DNA from: Roseivirga sp.
GTDB lineage: Bacteria; Bacteroidota; Bacteroidia; Cytophagales; Cyclobacteriaceae
Length of the DNA stretch: 64,000 bases
NCBI GenBank assembly: GCA_965661455.1
Contig: CBFIDV010000013.1
Location: 2,413 to 66,412, forward strand
Reading direction: 5' to 3'
The position numbers and the translations under genes were made by a program. This document shows, piece after piece, positions 1-7,835 of the stretch (the first letter of the stretch is position 1; every line of letters begins with the position of its first letter). The notes beneath the pieces are model-generated. The model worked only from the letters and a program-made list of their open reading frames with translations. It had not been told where the DNA came from and ran no database searches.

Positions 1-370
1 GACTGCTATTTCTATTCCAATCCCAGGAGCAGTTCAATGGATCGTCTTTTTCCTTAATAATCTGATTGGGCGATGTCATGATGACTTTGGCATAATCGTC
101 ACCTTCCTCCACAAGTACTTGAATATCTTCCATGCCTTGCCTTACATCGGCTGCACCTCTTGCCCTTATCTCTTTTCTAACTTCTAGCTCTACCCTATTT
201 CCAGGGTAAGCTTCAACCTCAATATCACCTTCAATATTGCAGACGCAAAACCAGTAAGCCTTACTATTATCTTTCACCTGAATGCTCTTTTTAATGATCT
301 CAGAATCCCCTTGAGCAAAAGCAAATAGTGGCACTAGCAGCAGTAATAAGACAGTATATAAGTGTTTCAT
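1..370 (-). CDS. secreted DUF4097-like beta-strand repeat protein, 5' part only (gene runs off the window start)
   Basis: Hand translation of the minus strand from ATG 370-368 gives MKHLYTVLLLLLVPLFAFAQGDSEIIKKSIQVKDNSKAYWFCVCNIEGDIEVEAYPGNRVELEV..., open to position 1. It has a signal peptide and the same style as the DUF4097-like protein at 38806..39687. It is absent from the ORF track because it is unterminated. Confidence 0.55.
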   Translation of the reverse strand, partial: MKHLYTVLLLLLVPLFAFAQGDSEIIKKSIQVKDNSKAYWFCVCNIEGDIEVEAYPGNRVELEVRKEIRARGAADVRQGMEDIQVLVEEGDDYAKVIMTSPNQIIKEKDDPLNCSWDWNRNSS

Positions 371-373
371 CAT

Positions 374-952
374 TCAGATATTTTGAGTCATTGATTTAGG
401 CTGAAGCTCCAAAGCCTCATATGCCTTTTTTAAATCTTTAAGCGCCCTAAAAATTCTCACCTTCACAGCACTTTCGGTTATCTCCAGAACTTCTGCAATA
501 TCTTGGTATCGCATACCTTGATATTTGCTTAAGACTAGGACTTCCCTTTTCTCAGGAGTGAGTTTGTTCATTGCCAACTGTAAAAGATCAAGTTGCTCCT
601 GCTGAATTCTTGTCTGCTCTGCATTCACCTCGTTAACCAAATACTTATCTGTAACTTCCGGGTCTTCCTTGTAGCCCATCCTTTTTTGCTTCTTATAATG
701 GTCCGCAAAAAGATTTCTAGCCATGTGGTACATCCAGGTTGTAAACTTACCATCCCCCTTATAGGTATGGCGATACTTGATAATTCTGATAAACACATTC
801 TGCACAAGATCTTCGCTAATGGGCCCATCAGCCGTCAAGCGATAAAAGAACCCATAAAGGGGCCTGTTGTGTCGCTCAAAGAGAAGACCCAGTTGATCAA
901 GTTGGCCATCTTTGACCTTGAGCATTAATGTGTTATCAGAGAGTGAATCCAA
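374..952 (-). CDS. RNA polymerase sigma-70 factor, ECF subfamily
   Basis: 192 aa with a region-2-like segment (FIRIIKYRHTYKGDGKFTTWMYHMARNLF) and a region-4 HTH (LSKYQGMRYQDIAEVLEITESAVKVRIFRALKDL). The track start is TTG; ATG at 925 is an alternative start. Confidence 0.9.
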   Translation of the reverse strand: MDSLSDNTLMLKVKDGQLDQLGLLFERHNRPLYGFFYRLTADGPISEDLVQNVFIRIIKYRHTYKGDGKFTTWMYHMARNLFADHYKKQKRMGYKEDPEVTDKYLVNEVNAEQTRIQQEQLDLLQLAMNKLTPEKREVLVLSKYQGMRYQDIAEVLEITESAVKVRIFRALKDLKKAYEALELQPKSMTQNI

Positions 953-1243
953 TACTTCGTTTTAAGAATTCAGTGGGTGAAACCCCACTTTTTCCGAATG
1001 GTTACACACAATTTACTCTTTTTTTGAAGCCTCGTAGCAATTCGCAAAAACCGACATGCTGATTTTATTTCAACATCTCTTTTTATTTATCAGGATGAGA
1101 TAGATACTGGAACCAGTTCAGTATGACGTAGTCGAAGGGAATCAAAAGGAATCCCATTGTGTCATGGACATTTTAAAGCAATAGCCACTTTCCTTTCTAT
1201 CCGGAGCTTGCCGAAGGAACTTGGTTGGTGTTTCGTAACTCAA

Positions 1244-1326
1244 ATTCTACCCCAACCCTAAAGGGTGAGACGATAAACTTTGAACTATTCTACCTCAACC
1301 CTAAAGCCTGCCTGTCGGCAGGCAGG
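1244..1326. repeat. REP-like fragment cluster: 20-nt direct repeat followed by a perfect 8-bp palindrome
   Basis: ATTCTACCCCAACCCTAAAG (1244-1263) recurs as ATTCTACCTCAACCCTAAAG (1287-1306). It is followed by CCTGCCTG-tcgg-CAGGCAGG (1307-1326). The surrounding 1080-1400 contains further GC-richer snippets (gtcgaagggaatc, ccgaaggaac, cttaggggattcagggtt). Confidence 0.5.
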
Positions 1327-1501
1327 TGTTAAGGAATTCAACAAGTCCTCCTTAGGGGATTCAGGGTTAAATGATAGCAGAATTAAGAAGATTCTTCGCT
1401 TCGCACTGATTGACCTTTTGTTTGAAGACTCTTGAAATCAAATTTGTTTTTTAATCTATATACCTTAAATTCATTTACCTGAAACCCAAATAACAGCCCA
1501 A

Positions 1502-1675
1502 ATGGAATTAACTAAAGAACAACTCGAGTCCCAAATTGCAGAATTAAACGGCAAACTAACTGGTGACATGTTTGCAGACATGGACATTAAAGATGAAATC
1601 CACAATCTTACAATGAAACTGAATGGTGTAAAACCAATGGATTCAATTTTCGAGTGTGTAGGTTGCGGAAGCTAA
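1502..1675 (+). CDS. small hypothetical protein (57 aa) with C-terminal CxxC
   Basis: ATG 1502 to TAA 1673-1675, read by hand: MELTKEQLESQIAELNGKLTGDMFADMDIKDEIHNLTMKLNGVKPMDSIFECVGCGS. It is below the 60-aa cut-off of the track. A strong terminator follows 40 nt downstream. Confidence 0.45.
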   Translation: MELTKEQLESQIAELNGKLTGDMFADMDIKDEIHNLTMKLNGVKPMDSIFECVGCGS

Positions 1676-1714
1676 GATAATAATGCAGATAGCATCATTT
1701 TCAACCTCAAACCA

Positions 1715-1738
1715 AGAGCCATTCGTGGCTCTTTTTTT
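1715..1738 (+). terminator. rho-independent terminator after the 57-codon ORF
   Basis: AGAGCCA-ttcg-TGGCTCT stem followed by a run of six T. Confidence 0.7.
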
Positions 1739-1749
1739 ATTGCTTCATA

Positions 1750-2238
1750 GTCGACACCTTTTTAAAAAAAGAAATGAGATAATGCAGAGAAATATTAACA
1801 CAACCAACCATTCAATTCTATTACAAAGTTGTCGACTATCAATCTTAACAGACTTCGCCCTAAGGCTTTGTTACCCATAAATAGAGTCGACAACTTTCTA
1901 AGAAATAACGATTGTGACAGAAAACTAATAACACAAGAGTCCTTGATGGCTTGAGTAAAAGTTGTCGACAATCGATCATAATAGTATAGGTTTGAAGGCC
2001 TTGTTAACAATGCATAGAGTCGACAACTTTCTAAGAAATAATGATTGTAACAGAAAACTTATAACACAAGAGTCCTTGATGACTTAATTAAAAGTTGTCG
2101 ACAATCGATCATAACAGTATAAGTGTTTAGACTTTGTGATCCACAAATTAAAGTGTCGACAACTTTTATTAAAAAATGTAATCATGCGTGAAAGAAACAA
2201 CTCCACCAACCACCGAAACCTAATACAAAGTTGTCGAC
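1750..2238. repeat. four tandem ~132-137 bp units, each bounded by the inverted 12-mer GTCGACAACTTT / AAAGTTGTCGAC
   Basis: The motif occurs at 1750-1761 (variant gtcgacaccttt), 1825-1836, 1886-1897, 1958-1969, 2018-2029, 2091-2102, 2155-2166 and 2227-2238, in alternating orientation. The arms of each unit are 60-63 nt apart. The units starting at 1886 and 2018 are roughly 90 percent identical by eye. Confidence 0.9.
1962..1993 (+). promoter_or_regulatory. Bacteroidota-type promoter-like element inside repeat unit 2
   Basis: TTG (1962-1964, inside the AAAGTTGTCGAC arm), then 21 nt, then TAGGTTTG (1986-1993), which matches the TTG / TAnnTTTG consensus. The equivalent position in unit 3 is degenerate (taagtgtttag). 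Confidence 0.3.
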
Positions 2239-3164
2239 TATTGGTACTTATACTAGTATTAAACGGATGTAACAATCAAACTAGTCAAACTAAAAACCTA
2301 CCATCCGAACCCTATATCTATGTTTTAGGTATTGCCCAAGATGCTGGCTATCCACAGGCAGGTGTTCGCTCTGAATTTAAATTAGTAGAAGAAGGAGAAC
2401 GTCAAAAACAACACACCGTCTCGTTACTTTTAGTAGATCCAAATAATGAAAAACGCTATCTTTTTGAAGCGACACCAGACTTTAGAGAACAGCTGGAAAT
2501 GGCCGATAAAGTGTCCGAAGCATCAAACTATCCTTATGATGGCATCTTTTTAACTCATGCACATATTGGTCACTATATTGGACTCATGCATATGGGATTT
2601 GAGGCCATGGGGACCAACAAGGTAGTAGTTCATGCAATGCCTAGAATGAGAGGGTACTTAGCAACCAATGGCCCTTGGAGCCAATTGGTAAATTTTGAAA
2701 ACATTCAACTAGCATCACTTTTTGATTCAGCAACTGTTTCTCTCAACGATGGGATTCAGGTTATGCCATTCACCGTACCTCACAGAGATGAATACAGCGA
2801 GACTGTTGGTTTTAAAATCTCTGTAAACCAAAAGAGTTTGGTATTCATTCCAGACATTGACAAATGGGAGAAGTGGGATGTAGACATAAGAGAAGTTGTC
2901 AAAGCCAATGATTACATCTTAATAGACGCTAGTTTCTATGCCGATGGTGAACTTCCAGGAAGAGACATGAGTAAAATCCCCCATCCGTTTACCTCAGAAA
3001 GCATGGAGCTTTTCAAGGACCTTAGCGCCAGAGACAAATCCAAAGTCATTTTTATTCATGCTAACCATTCTAATCCAATTCTTGATCCCAATAGCAAAGA
3101 ATATAAAGAAGTCTTTAATCAGGGATTCAGTGTCGCAAAGGAAGGACAAATCATTAAATTTTAA
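2184..3164 (+). CDS. PqqB-like MBL-fold metallo-hydrolase, lipoprotein
   Basis: Start moved to ATG 2184 (MRERNNSTNHRNLIQSCRLLVLILVLNGC, with a lipobox LNGC). It has the MBL motif LTHAHIGHY. The C-terminal GRDMSKIPHP ... IFIHANHSNPIL resembles PqqB (GRDMGH ... ILIHINNTNPIL). Confidence 0.8.
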   Translation: MRERNNSTNHRNLIQSCRLLVLILVLNGCNNQTSQTKNLPSEPYIYVLGIAQDAGYPQAGVRSEFKLVEEGERQKQHTVSLLLVDPNNEKRYLFEATPDFREQLEMADKVSEASNYPYDGIFLTHAHIGHYIGLMHMGFEAMGTNKVVVHAMPRMRGYLATNGPWSQLVNFENIQLASLFDSATVSLNDGIQVMPFTVPHRDEYSETVGFKISVNQKSLVFIPDIDKWEKWDVDIREVVKANDYILIDASFYADGELPGRDMSKIPHPFTSESMELFKDLSARDKSKVIFIHANHSNPILDPNSKEYKEVFNQGFSVAKEGQIIKF

Positions 3165-3353
3165 TCAAGTTTAGACCCACGTTGAAATGATATTAAGACC
3201 TACACATTATGACCACATCTAACTCTTGGTCTCTTTCCCAATTTTGGAATTCATTTCTATCCTGAGACTTAAATCTTAGCCAATAGGCGTTTAAAGGTCC
3301 TTATCGCAGTCGGCATCCATTTGGTATAGAATCAATAAACCAACCTTTTACTA

Positions 3354-4187
3354 ATGGAAATCGAAAATTTAGAAACGTATCTCGATAAAGGTATTGAGAT
3401 ATTAATTGAAAGAGGGCCTAAAATACTTTTGGCCATCGTAGTCCTTATCATTGGATTACGCCTAATCAAATTTGCAGTTAAGCTCTTAAATAAAGGATTT
3501 GAGTCACGTAATTTAGATGCGACCTTAAGGCCTTTTCTCTCAAACCTAATTAACTGGACACTGAAAGTATTACTTTTTGTAAGTGTAGCAGGAATGGTCG
3601 GTATTCAAAATACCTCCTTCGTTGCAATTATCGGGGCGGTAGGTTTGGCTATTGGCTTCGCCTTACAAGGTACACTCGCCAATTTTGCCGGAGGCTTCTT
3701 AATCCTAGTATTTAAACCTTTTAAAGTAGGCGACCTTGTTGAAGCACAAGGCTATTTAGGTGTAGTGGAAGAAATAGAAATCTTTGTCACCAAAATATTA
3801 ACGCCTGATAATAGGCTTGTTATTCCTCCAAATAGCGCTCTTTCTAACGGCAGCATGAAAAATCTCACTGCCAAAGAACAGGTCAGAGTTGACCTCACCA
3901 TAGGTATTGCCTATGATGAAGACATCAAACAGGCTAGAAAGTTATTATTAGAAGTAATGTCTAACCACAAACTCGTCCTAGACGATCCAGCACCTTTTGT
4001 TGGTGTAAGCGAGTTGGCAGATAGTGCAATCAACCTAGCGGTGAGACCTTGGTGTCACCCAGATCATTATTGGGATGTCTATTTCGAAGTATTAGAAGGC
4101 AGCAAAGAGGCCCTTGATAAAGCAGGAATCACTATTCCATTCCCACAAAGAGATGTTCACCTATTCCAGCATAACGCTACAAGCTAA
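3354..4187 (+). CDS. mechanosensitive ion channel family protein (MscS-like)
   Basis: 277 aa with three N-terminal TM helices, followed by FKPFKVGDLVEAQGYLGVVEEIEIFVTKILTPDNRLVIPPNS, the MscS beta-domain signature. Confidence 0.9.
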   Translation: MEIENLETYLDKGIEILIERGPKILLAIVVLIIGLRLIKFAVKLLNKGFESRNLDATLRPFLSNLINWTLKVLLFVSVAGMVGIQNTSFVAIIGAVGLAIGFALQGTLANFAGGFLILVFKPFKVGDLVEAQGYLGVVEEIEIFVTKILTPDNRLVIPPNSALSNGSMKNLTAKEQVRVDLTIGIAYDEDIKQARKLLLEVMSNHKLVLDDPAPFVGVSELADSAINLAVRPWCHPDHYWDVYFEVLEGSKEALDKAGITIPFPQRDVHLFQHNATS

Positions 4188-4221
4188 ACACTTGATTATA
4201 GTGTGTGTGTTGTTTTTAAAG

Positions 4222-4246
4222 GCCACTTCATATGGAGTGGCTTTTT
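4222..4246 (+). terminator. rho-independent terminator (mscS-like gene)
   Basis: GCCACTTC-atat-GGAGTGGC stem followed by TTTTT. Confidence 0.65.
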
Positions 4247-4253
4247 CATTGTA

Positions 4254-4287
4254 TAAAAAAAGCATCTCCTGAGATTTCAGGAGACGC
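4254..4287 (-). terminator. rho-independent terminator (tsf)
   Basis: Minus strand: GCGTCTCCTGA-aatc-TCAGGAGATGC followed by TTTTTTT. Confidence 0.7.
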
Positions 4288-4315
4288 TTTGTAAAAATTA
4301 TTCTCAATAGGAAGA

Positions 4316-5149
4316 TTAACCTCCAATAGATACTCTTTTGAATGCAGATACAGTTAAACCTTTTTCAACTGAATCTAAGTACTGAGCAACAGACTGCTTA
4401 GGCTCTTTTACAAAAGCTTGACTCAACAAAGTATTTTCTTTGAAGAACTTCTGCAATTTACCTTGTGCGATTTTGTCTAAGATAGCCTCAGGCTTACCTT
4501 CTTGTCTTGCTTGGTCTTTTCCGATTTCAATTTCTTTAGCAACTACTGTAGCATCAACACCATCTTTGTCAAGTGCAACAGGGTTCATAGCAGCAATTTG
4601 CATTCCTACGTCCTTACCAGCATCAGCAACATCAGCACCATTAACACCAGCCAATGCTACCAATACACCTAATTTACCATTTGAGTGAATATAAGAAGCC
4701 ACCTGATCTCCAGAAAGAGATTCAAATGCAGTTACCTCTAATTTTTCACCAATCTTACCAAGAAGCTCAGTTACTTTTTCTTGAACAGTTTGCTCACCAA
4801 GACTTAAAGCTTTCAATGCTTCAAGGTCAGCAGGAGTGTTAGCCATTGCAGCATCCGCAATCTCACCACCTAGGGCCTGGAAATCATCGTTTTTAGCAAC
4901 AAAGTCAGTTTCGCAAGTAAACGCTACCAATACTGCAGAAGCACCATCTTCACTTGTTCTTACAAATATGCCACCTTCTTTAGTTTCTCTGTCAGCTCTT
5001 TTCTCAGAAAGCTTTTGTCCTTTTTTTCTAAGGATCTCAATTGCTTTGTCAAAATCACCTTCAGCTTCTACCAACGCCTTTTTGCAGTCCATCATGCCGG
5101 CACCGGTCATTTGTCTTAGTTTGTTAACTTCTTGTGCTGTAATAGCCAT
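4316..5149 (-). CDS. tsf: translation elongation factor Ts
   Basis: 277 aa. The N-terminus MAITAQEVNKLRQMTGAGMMDCKKALVEAEGDFDKAIEILRKKG is the EF-Ts UBA-like signature. Confidence 0.97.
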   Translation of the reverse strand: MAITAQEVNKLRQMTGAGMMDCKKALVEAEGDFDKAIEILRKKGQKLSEKRADRETKEGGIFVRTSEDGASAVLVAFTCETDFVAKNDDFQALGGEIADAAMANTPADLEALKALSLGEQTVQEKVTELLGKIGEKLEVTAFESLSGDQVASYIHSNGKLGVLVALAGVNGADVADAGKDVGMQIAAMNPVALDKDGVDATVVAKEIEIGKDQARQEGKPEAILDKIAQGKLQKFFKENTLLSQAFVKEPKQSVAQYLDSVEKGLTVSAFKRVSIGG

Positions 5150-5184
5150 TTTATTAATATTTATTAATTACTGATTTGAGTAAA

Positions 5185-5220
5185 CAAAAATTGAACACCG
5201 AAGCGAATTCAATGTTCAAT
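5185..5220 (-). terminator. intercistronic hairpin plus T-run between rpsB and tsf (possible attenuator)
   Basis: Minus strand: ATTGAACA ... TGTTCAAT arms (plus-strand 5190-5197 and 5213-5220) followed by TTTTTG. Confidence 0.4.
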
Positions 5221-5252
5221 TTGATTATATCTTAATGAATTTTAAGCTTTAA

Positions 5253-6032
5253 TTATTCTGCAGCAGGTTTTTCAGCAACCTCTTTCTTATCTGCAGCTAT
5301 CTTTTCTTGCTCAGCCTTCTCTCTTTCTCTCTGCTCTTTATCTTGCTTTCTAGAGGCTAATCCTTCTTCAATAGCTTTGCCGAATGCATGCGTAATAATC
5401 TCAATAGATTTGAATGCATCGTCATTACCTGGAATTGGGAAGTCTACTTCTGTAGGATCTGAGTTTGTATCACAAAGTGCATATACAGGGATACCTAATT
5501 TCTTAGCTTCTGCAACAGCAATGTGCTCTCTCTTTACATCTACTACAAAAAGTGCCGCTGGCAATCTTGTTAGGTCTTGAATACCACCTAGCAATTTCTC
5601 CAACTTAGCTTTTTCACGAGTTTTCATTAAGCGCTCTCTTTTTGCTAGCACTTTGAAACTTTCGTCTTTCATTAACTTATCAATACCAGAAAGTTTCTTT
5701 AAAGATTTTCTGATAGTGGCGAAGTTAGTTAGCATTCCTCCTAACCATCTTTCAGTAACGAAAGGCATATTTAATCTTGCTGCTTCTTCAGAAACGATAG
5801 CTCTCGCCTGTTTCTTTGTGGCAACAAACATTACCTTTCTACCTGAACGAACGATTCCTTTAACAGCATTTGACGCTTCTTCGAGGCTGTTAACCGTTTT
5901 ATTAAGATCGATAATATGGATACCATTCTTCTCCATGAAGATATATGGCGCCATACGTGGATCCCACTTTCTCTTTAAGTGTCCAAAGTGAACACCAGCA
6001 TCAAGTAAGTCTTTGTTTGTAATTTTAGACAT
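5253..6032 (-). CDS. rpsB: 30S ribosomal protein S2
   Basis: 259 aa with [24 protein letters not shown] and a Lys/Glu-rich C-terminal tail. Confidence 0.97.
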   Translation of the reverse strand: MSKITNKDLLDAGVHFGHLKRKWDPRMAPYIFMEKNGIHIIDLNKTVNSLEEASNAVKGIVRSGRKVMFVATKKQARAIVSEEAARLNMPFVTERWLGGMLTNFATIRKSLKKLSGIDKLMKDESFKVLAKRERLMKTREKAKLEKLLGGIQDLTRLPAALFVVDVKREHIAVAEAKKLGIPVYALCDTNSDPTEVDFPIPGNDDAFKSIEIITHAFGKAIEEGLASRKQDKEQREREKAEQEKIAADKKEVAEKPAAE

Positions 6033-6056
6033 ATATGATTTTGAAATAAATTCCGA

Positions 6057-6443
6057 TTAACGTTTCGAGAACTGGAAAGATCTTCTCGCTTTTCTTCTAC
6101 CTGGCTTCTTACGTTCCACCATTCTAGGGTCACGAGTCATGAAACCTTCTTTCTTTAATGGAGGTCTGTTCTCAGCATCTACTTCGCAAAGTGCTCTAGA
6201 GATAGCCAACCTAATCGCTTCAGCTTGTCCTTTTGGTCCACCACCATCAACATTAACTTTAATGTCGAATGATTCAACCTGATCAACAATGCTCAAAGGT
6301 TGCTTAACGATGATTTCCAAAACATCAGAGCTGAAGTAATCGCGAACGCCTTTACCATTTACAGTAATCTCACCTTTACCTGGCTCCATGTAGAGTCTAG
6401 CAACTGATGTCTTTCTTCTTCCTATTGTATTAATTGTCTCCAT
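6057..6443 (-). CDS. rpsI: 30S ribosomal protein S9
   Basis: 128 aa with GRRKTSVARL near the N-terminus; it ends in PGRRKARRSFQFSKR. Confidence 0.97.
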   Translation of the reverse strand: METINTIGRRKTSVARLYMEPGKGEITVNGKGVRDYFSSDVLEIIVKQPLSIVDQVESFDIKVNVDGGGPKGQAEAIRLAISRALCEVDAENRPPLKKEGFMTRDPRMVERKKPGRRKARRSFQFSKR

Positions 6444-6452
6444 TGAAACGGC

Positions 6453-6896
6453 TTATAATTCTACAGTTTTTGGTTGCTGAGCCTCATGTGGATGCTCTGT
6501 TCCTTCATAAACATAAAGGTTGTTGAAAAGAGATCTTCCCAATCTAGTCTTAGGAAGCATGCCTCTTACAGCTCTCTCTACCAATAGTGTTGAAGACTTC
6601 TCTTTCAACTCTCTTGGTGTTGTAGCTTTTTGCCCACCCGGATAGCCAGTATATCTTAAGTAAACTCTATCAGTCCACTTCTTACCAGTCATCCTGATTT
6701 TGTCAGCATTCAAAACAATCACGTTATCACCGCAATCAACATGTGGTGTGTAACTAGGCTTGTTTTTACCTCTGATGATTTTAGCTACTTCACTAGCTAA
6801 TCTTCCTAATACTTTTGAATCTGCATCAACAACAATCCACTGCTTATCTACAGTAGCTTTATTTGCTGATTTTGTCTTATAACTTAATGTATCCAC
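6453..6896 (-). CDS. rplM: 50S ribosomal protein L13
   Basis: 147 aa with KQWIVVDADSKVLGRLASEVAKIIRGKNKPSYTPHVDCGD. Confidence 0.97.
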   Translation of the reverse strand: MDTLSYKTKSANKATVDKQWIVVDADSKVLGRLASEVAKIIRGKNKPSYTPHVDCGDNVIVLNADKIRMTGKKWTDRVYLRYTGYPGGQKATTPRELKEKSSTLLVERAVRGMLPKTRLGRSLFNNLYVYEGTEHPHEAQQPKTVEL

Positions 6897-6953
6897 TTTG
6901 GTATACTTTTTTGTATTTCAATACGCTTTACGAGCCTCCCCGTAAAAAGGGAC

Positions 6954-6985
6954 ACAAAGATAGAAGTTTGGATTTTCAAATCCAA
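6954..6985 (-). promoter_or_regulatory. putative promoter of the rplM-rpsI-rpsB-tsf cluster
   Basis: Minus strand: TTG (plus-strand CAA 6983-6985), then 21 nt, then TATCTTTG (6961-6954). It lies about 58 nt upstream of the rplM ATG. Confidence 0.4.
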
Positions 6986-7122
6986 CACGGAAAATAAAAT
7001 ATTGATAATGATTTAGAATAACCTAAAGCCCTACCTCTCAAAACCTTGTTTTAGCCCTTAAAGCCATCTTTTAACCTCAAAGGCATCACAAAGTTTCAAG
7101 AATTCTGAGGTTTTAATAGCTA

Positions 7123-7833
7123 CTAATTCTTATTCAACCGCAACTGTTTCACCAATACCCTAAAGTCCTTAGGGTAATCAGCCTCCAGTTTTACCCGTTC
7201 TTTAAAAGAATCGAAAGAAAAACTGAAAGCGTGAAGTGCAAATCGCTTAATCAAAGGCTGTTCAACATTGTCTTCTTTTAAATTGTATTTACGCTTGATA
7301 TGTGAGAGGTAAAGAGAATCTCCTTTATACAATTCATCGTGAACCAATGGGGCACCAAGCTTTGCTAAATGGATTCTGATTTGGTGCATTCGCCCAGTTT
7401 CTAAATCACATTCTATAAGCGAGTGCTTTTTGTACAGCTCTTTTGTTGTAAAGGTGGTTTTAGCCTGCTTACCATCTTTAATGTCTATTACCACTTTACC
7501 ATTCTTCAAAGCCAGAATGGGTAATTCCATAACTTTTCTATCAAACTCGTGCAGTCCATTAGCTACGGCATGGTAAACCTTCTTTACACTTCTTTTTTCG
7601 AATTGAATGGAGGCATGACGATAAGCCTCATCAGATTTGGCAAGCAGGAGACAGCCTGAAGTTTCTTTATCTAAGCGATGACAAACCGATAATCGGTCAT
7701 CATAGCCTTTTGCCATCTGCTGCACATTCCTAGGATCGTTCCTATCGTCTAATGAAGCCATAAATGGAGGCTTATTGATAACGAGGAAGTCATCATCCTC
7801 AAAAATGATTAAGTCTTTAAATGAAATTTTCAC
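7123..7833 (-). CDS. RluA-family pseudouridine synthase
   Basis: 236 aa with the catalytic motif HRLDKETSGCLLLAK and later GRMHQIRIHLA. Confidence 0.85.
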   Translation of the reverse strand: MKISFKDLIIFEDDDFLVINKPPFMASLDDRNDPRNVQQMAKGYDDRLSVCHRLDKETSGCLLLAKSDEAYRHASIQFEKRSVKKVYHAVANGLHEFDRKVMELPILALKNGKVVIDIKDGKQAKTTFTTKELYKKHSLIECDLETGRMHQIRIHLAKLGAPLVHDELYKGDSLYLSHIKRKYNLKEDNVEQPLIKRFALHAFSFSFDSFKERVKLEADYPKDFRVLVKQLRLNKN

Positions 7834-7835
7834 TC

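Noticed and set aside
593-928. 111-aa plus-strand ORF and 67-aa minus-strand ORF inside the sigma-factor gene
   Set aside because: These are shadow ORFs overlapping a well-supported gene, with low-complexity, hydrophobic, random-looking sequence.
1502-1675. The small ORF as a PqqA precursor for the adjacent PqqB-like gene
   Set aside because: It has no Glu-x3-Tyr motif (no Tyr at all), it is far longer than PqqA, and the PqqB-like protein is exported.
1750-2238. Possible CRISPR array (regularly spaced short repeats)
   Set aside because: The repeats alternate in orientation. The intervening 'spacers' are homologous to each other and to the 5' end of the downstream gene. No cas genes are present.
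1683-2275. Track ORFs 1683..1880 (+), 1795..2010 (-) and 2084..2275 (-), and the 2136 start of the MBL ORF
   Set aside because: They lie inside the tandem repeat units and repeat each other's sequence (for example YYYDRLSTTF and YCYDRLSTTF). They are artefacts of the repeat. The real gene starts at ATG 2184, ahead of the lipobox.
4440-5991. Antisense ORFs within tsf and rpsB (4440..4688, 4654..4842, 4836..5174, 5377..5580, 5653..5991)
   Set aside because: These are shadow frames of highly conserved translation genes, with Ser/Ala/Leu-rich mirror composition.
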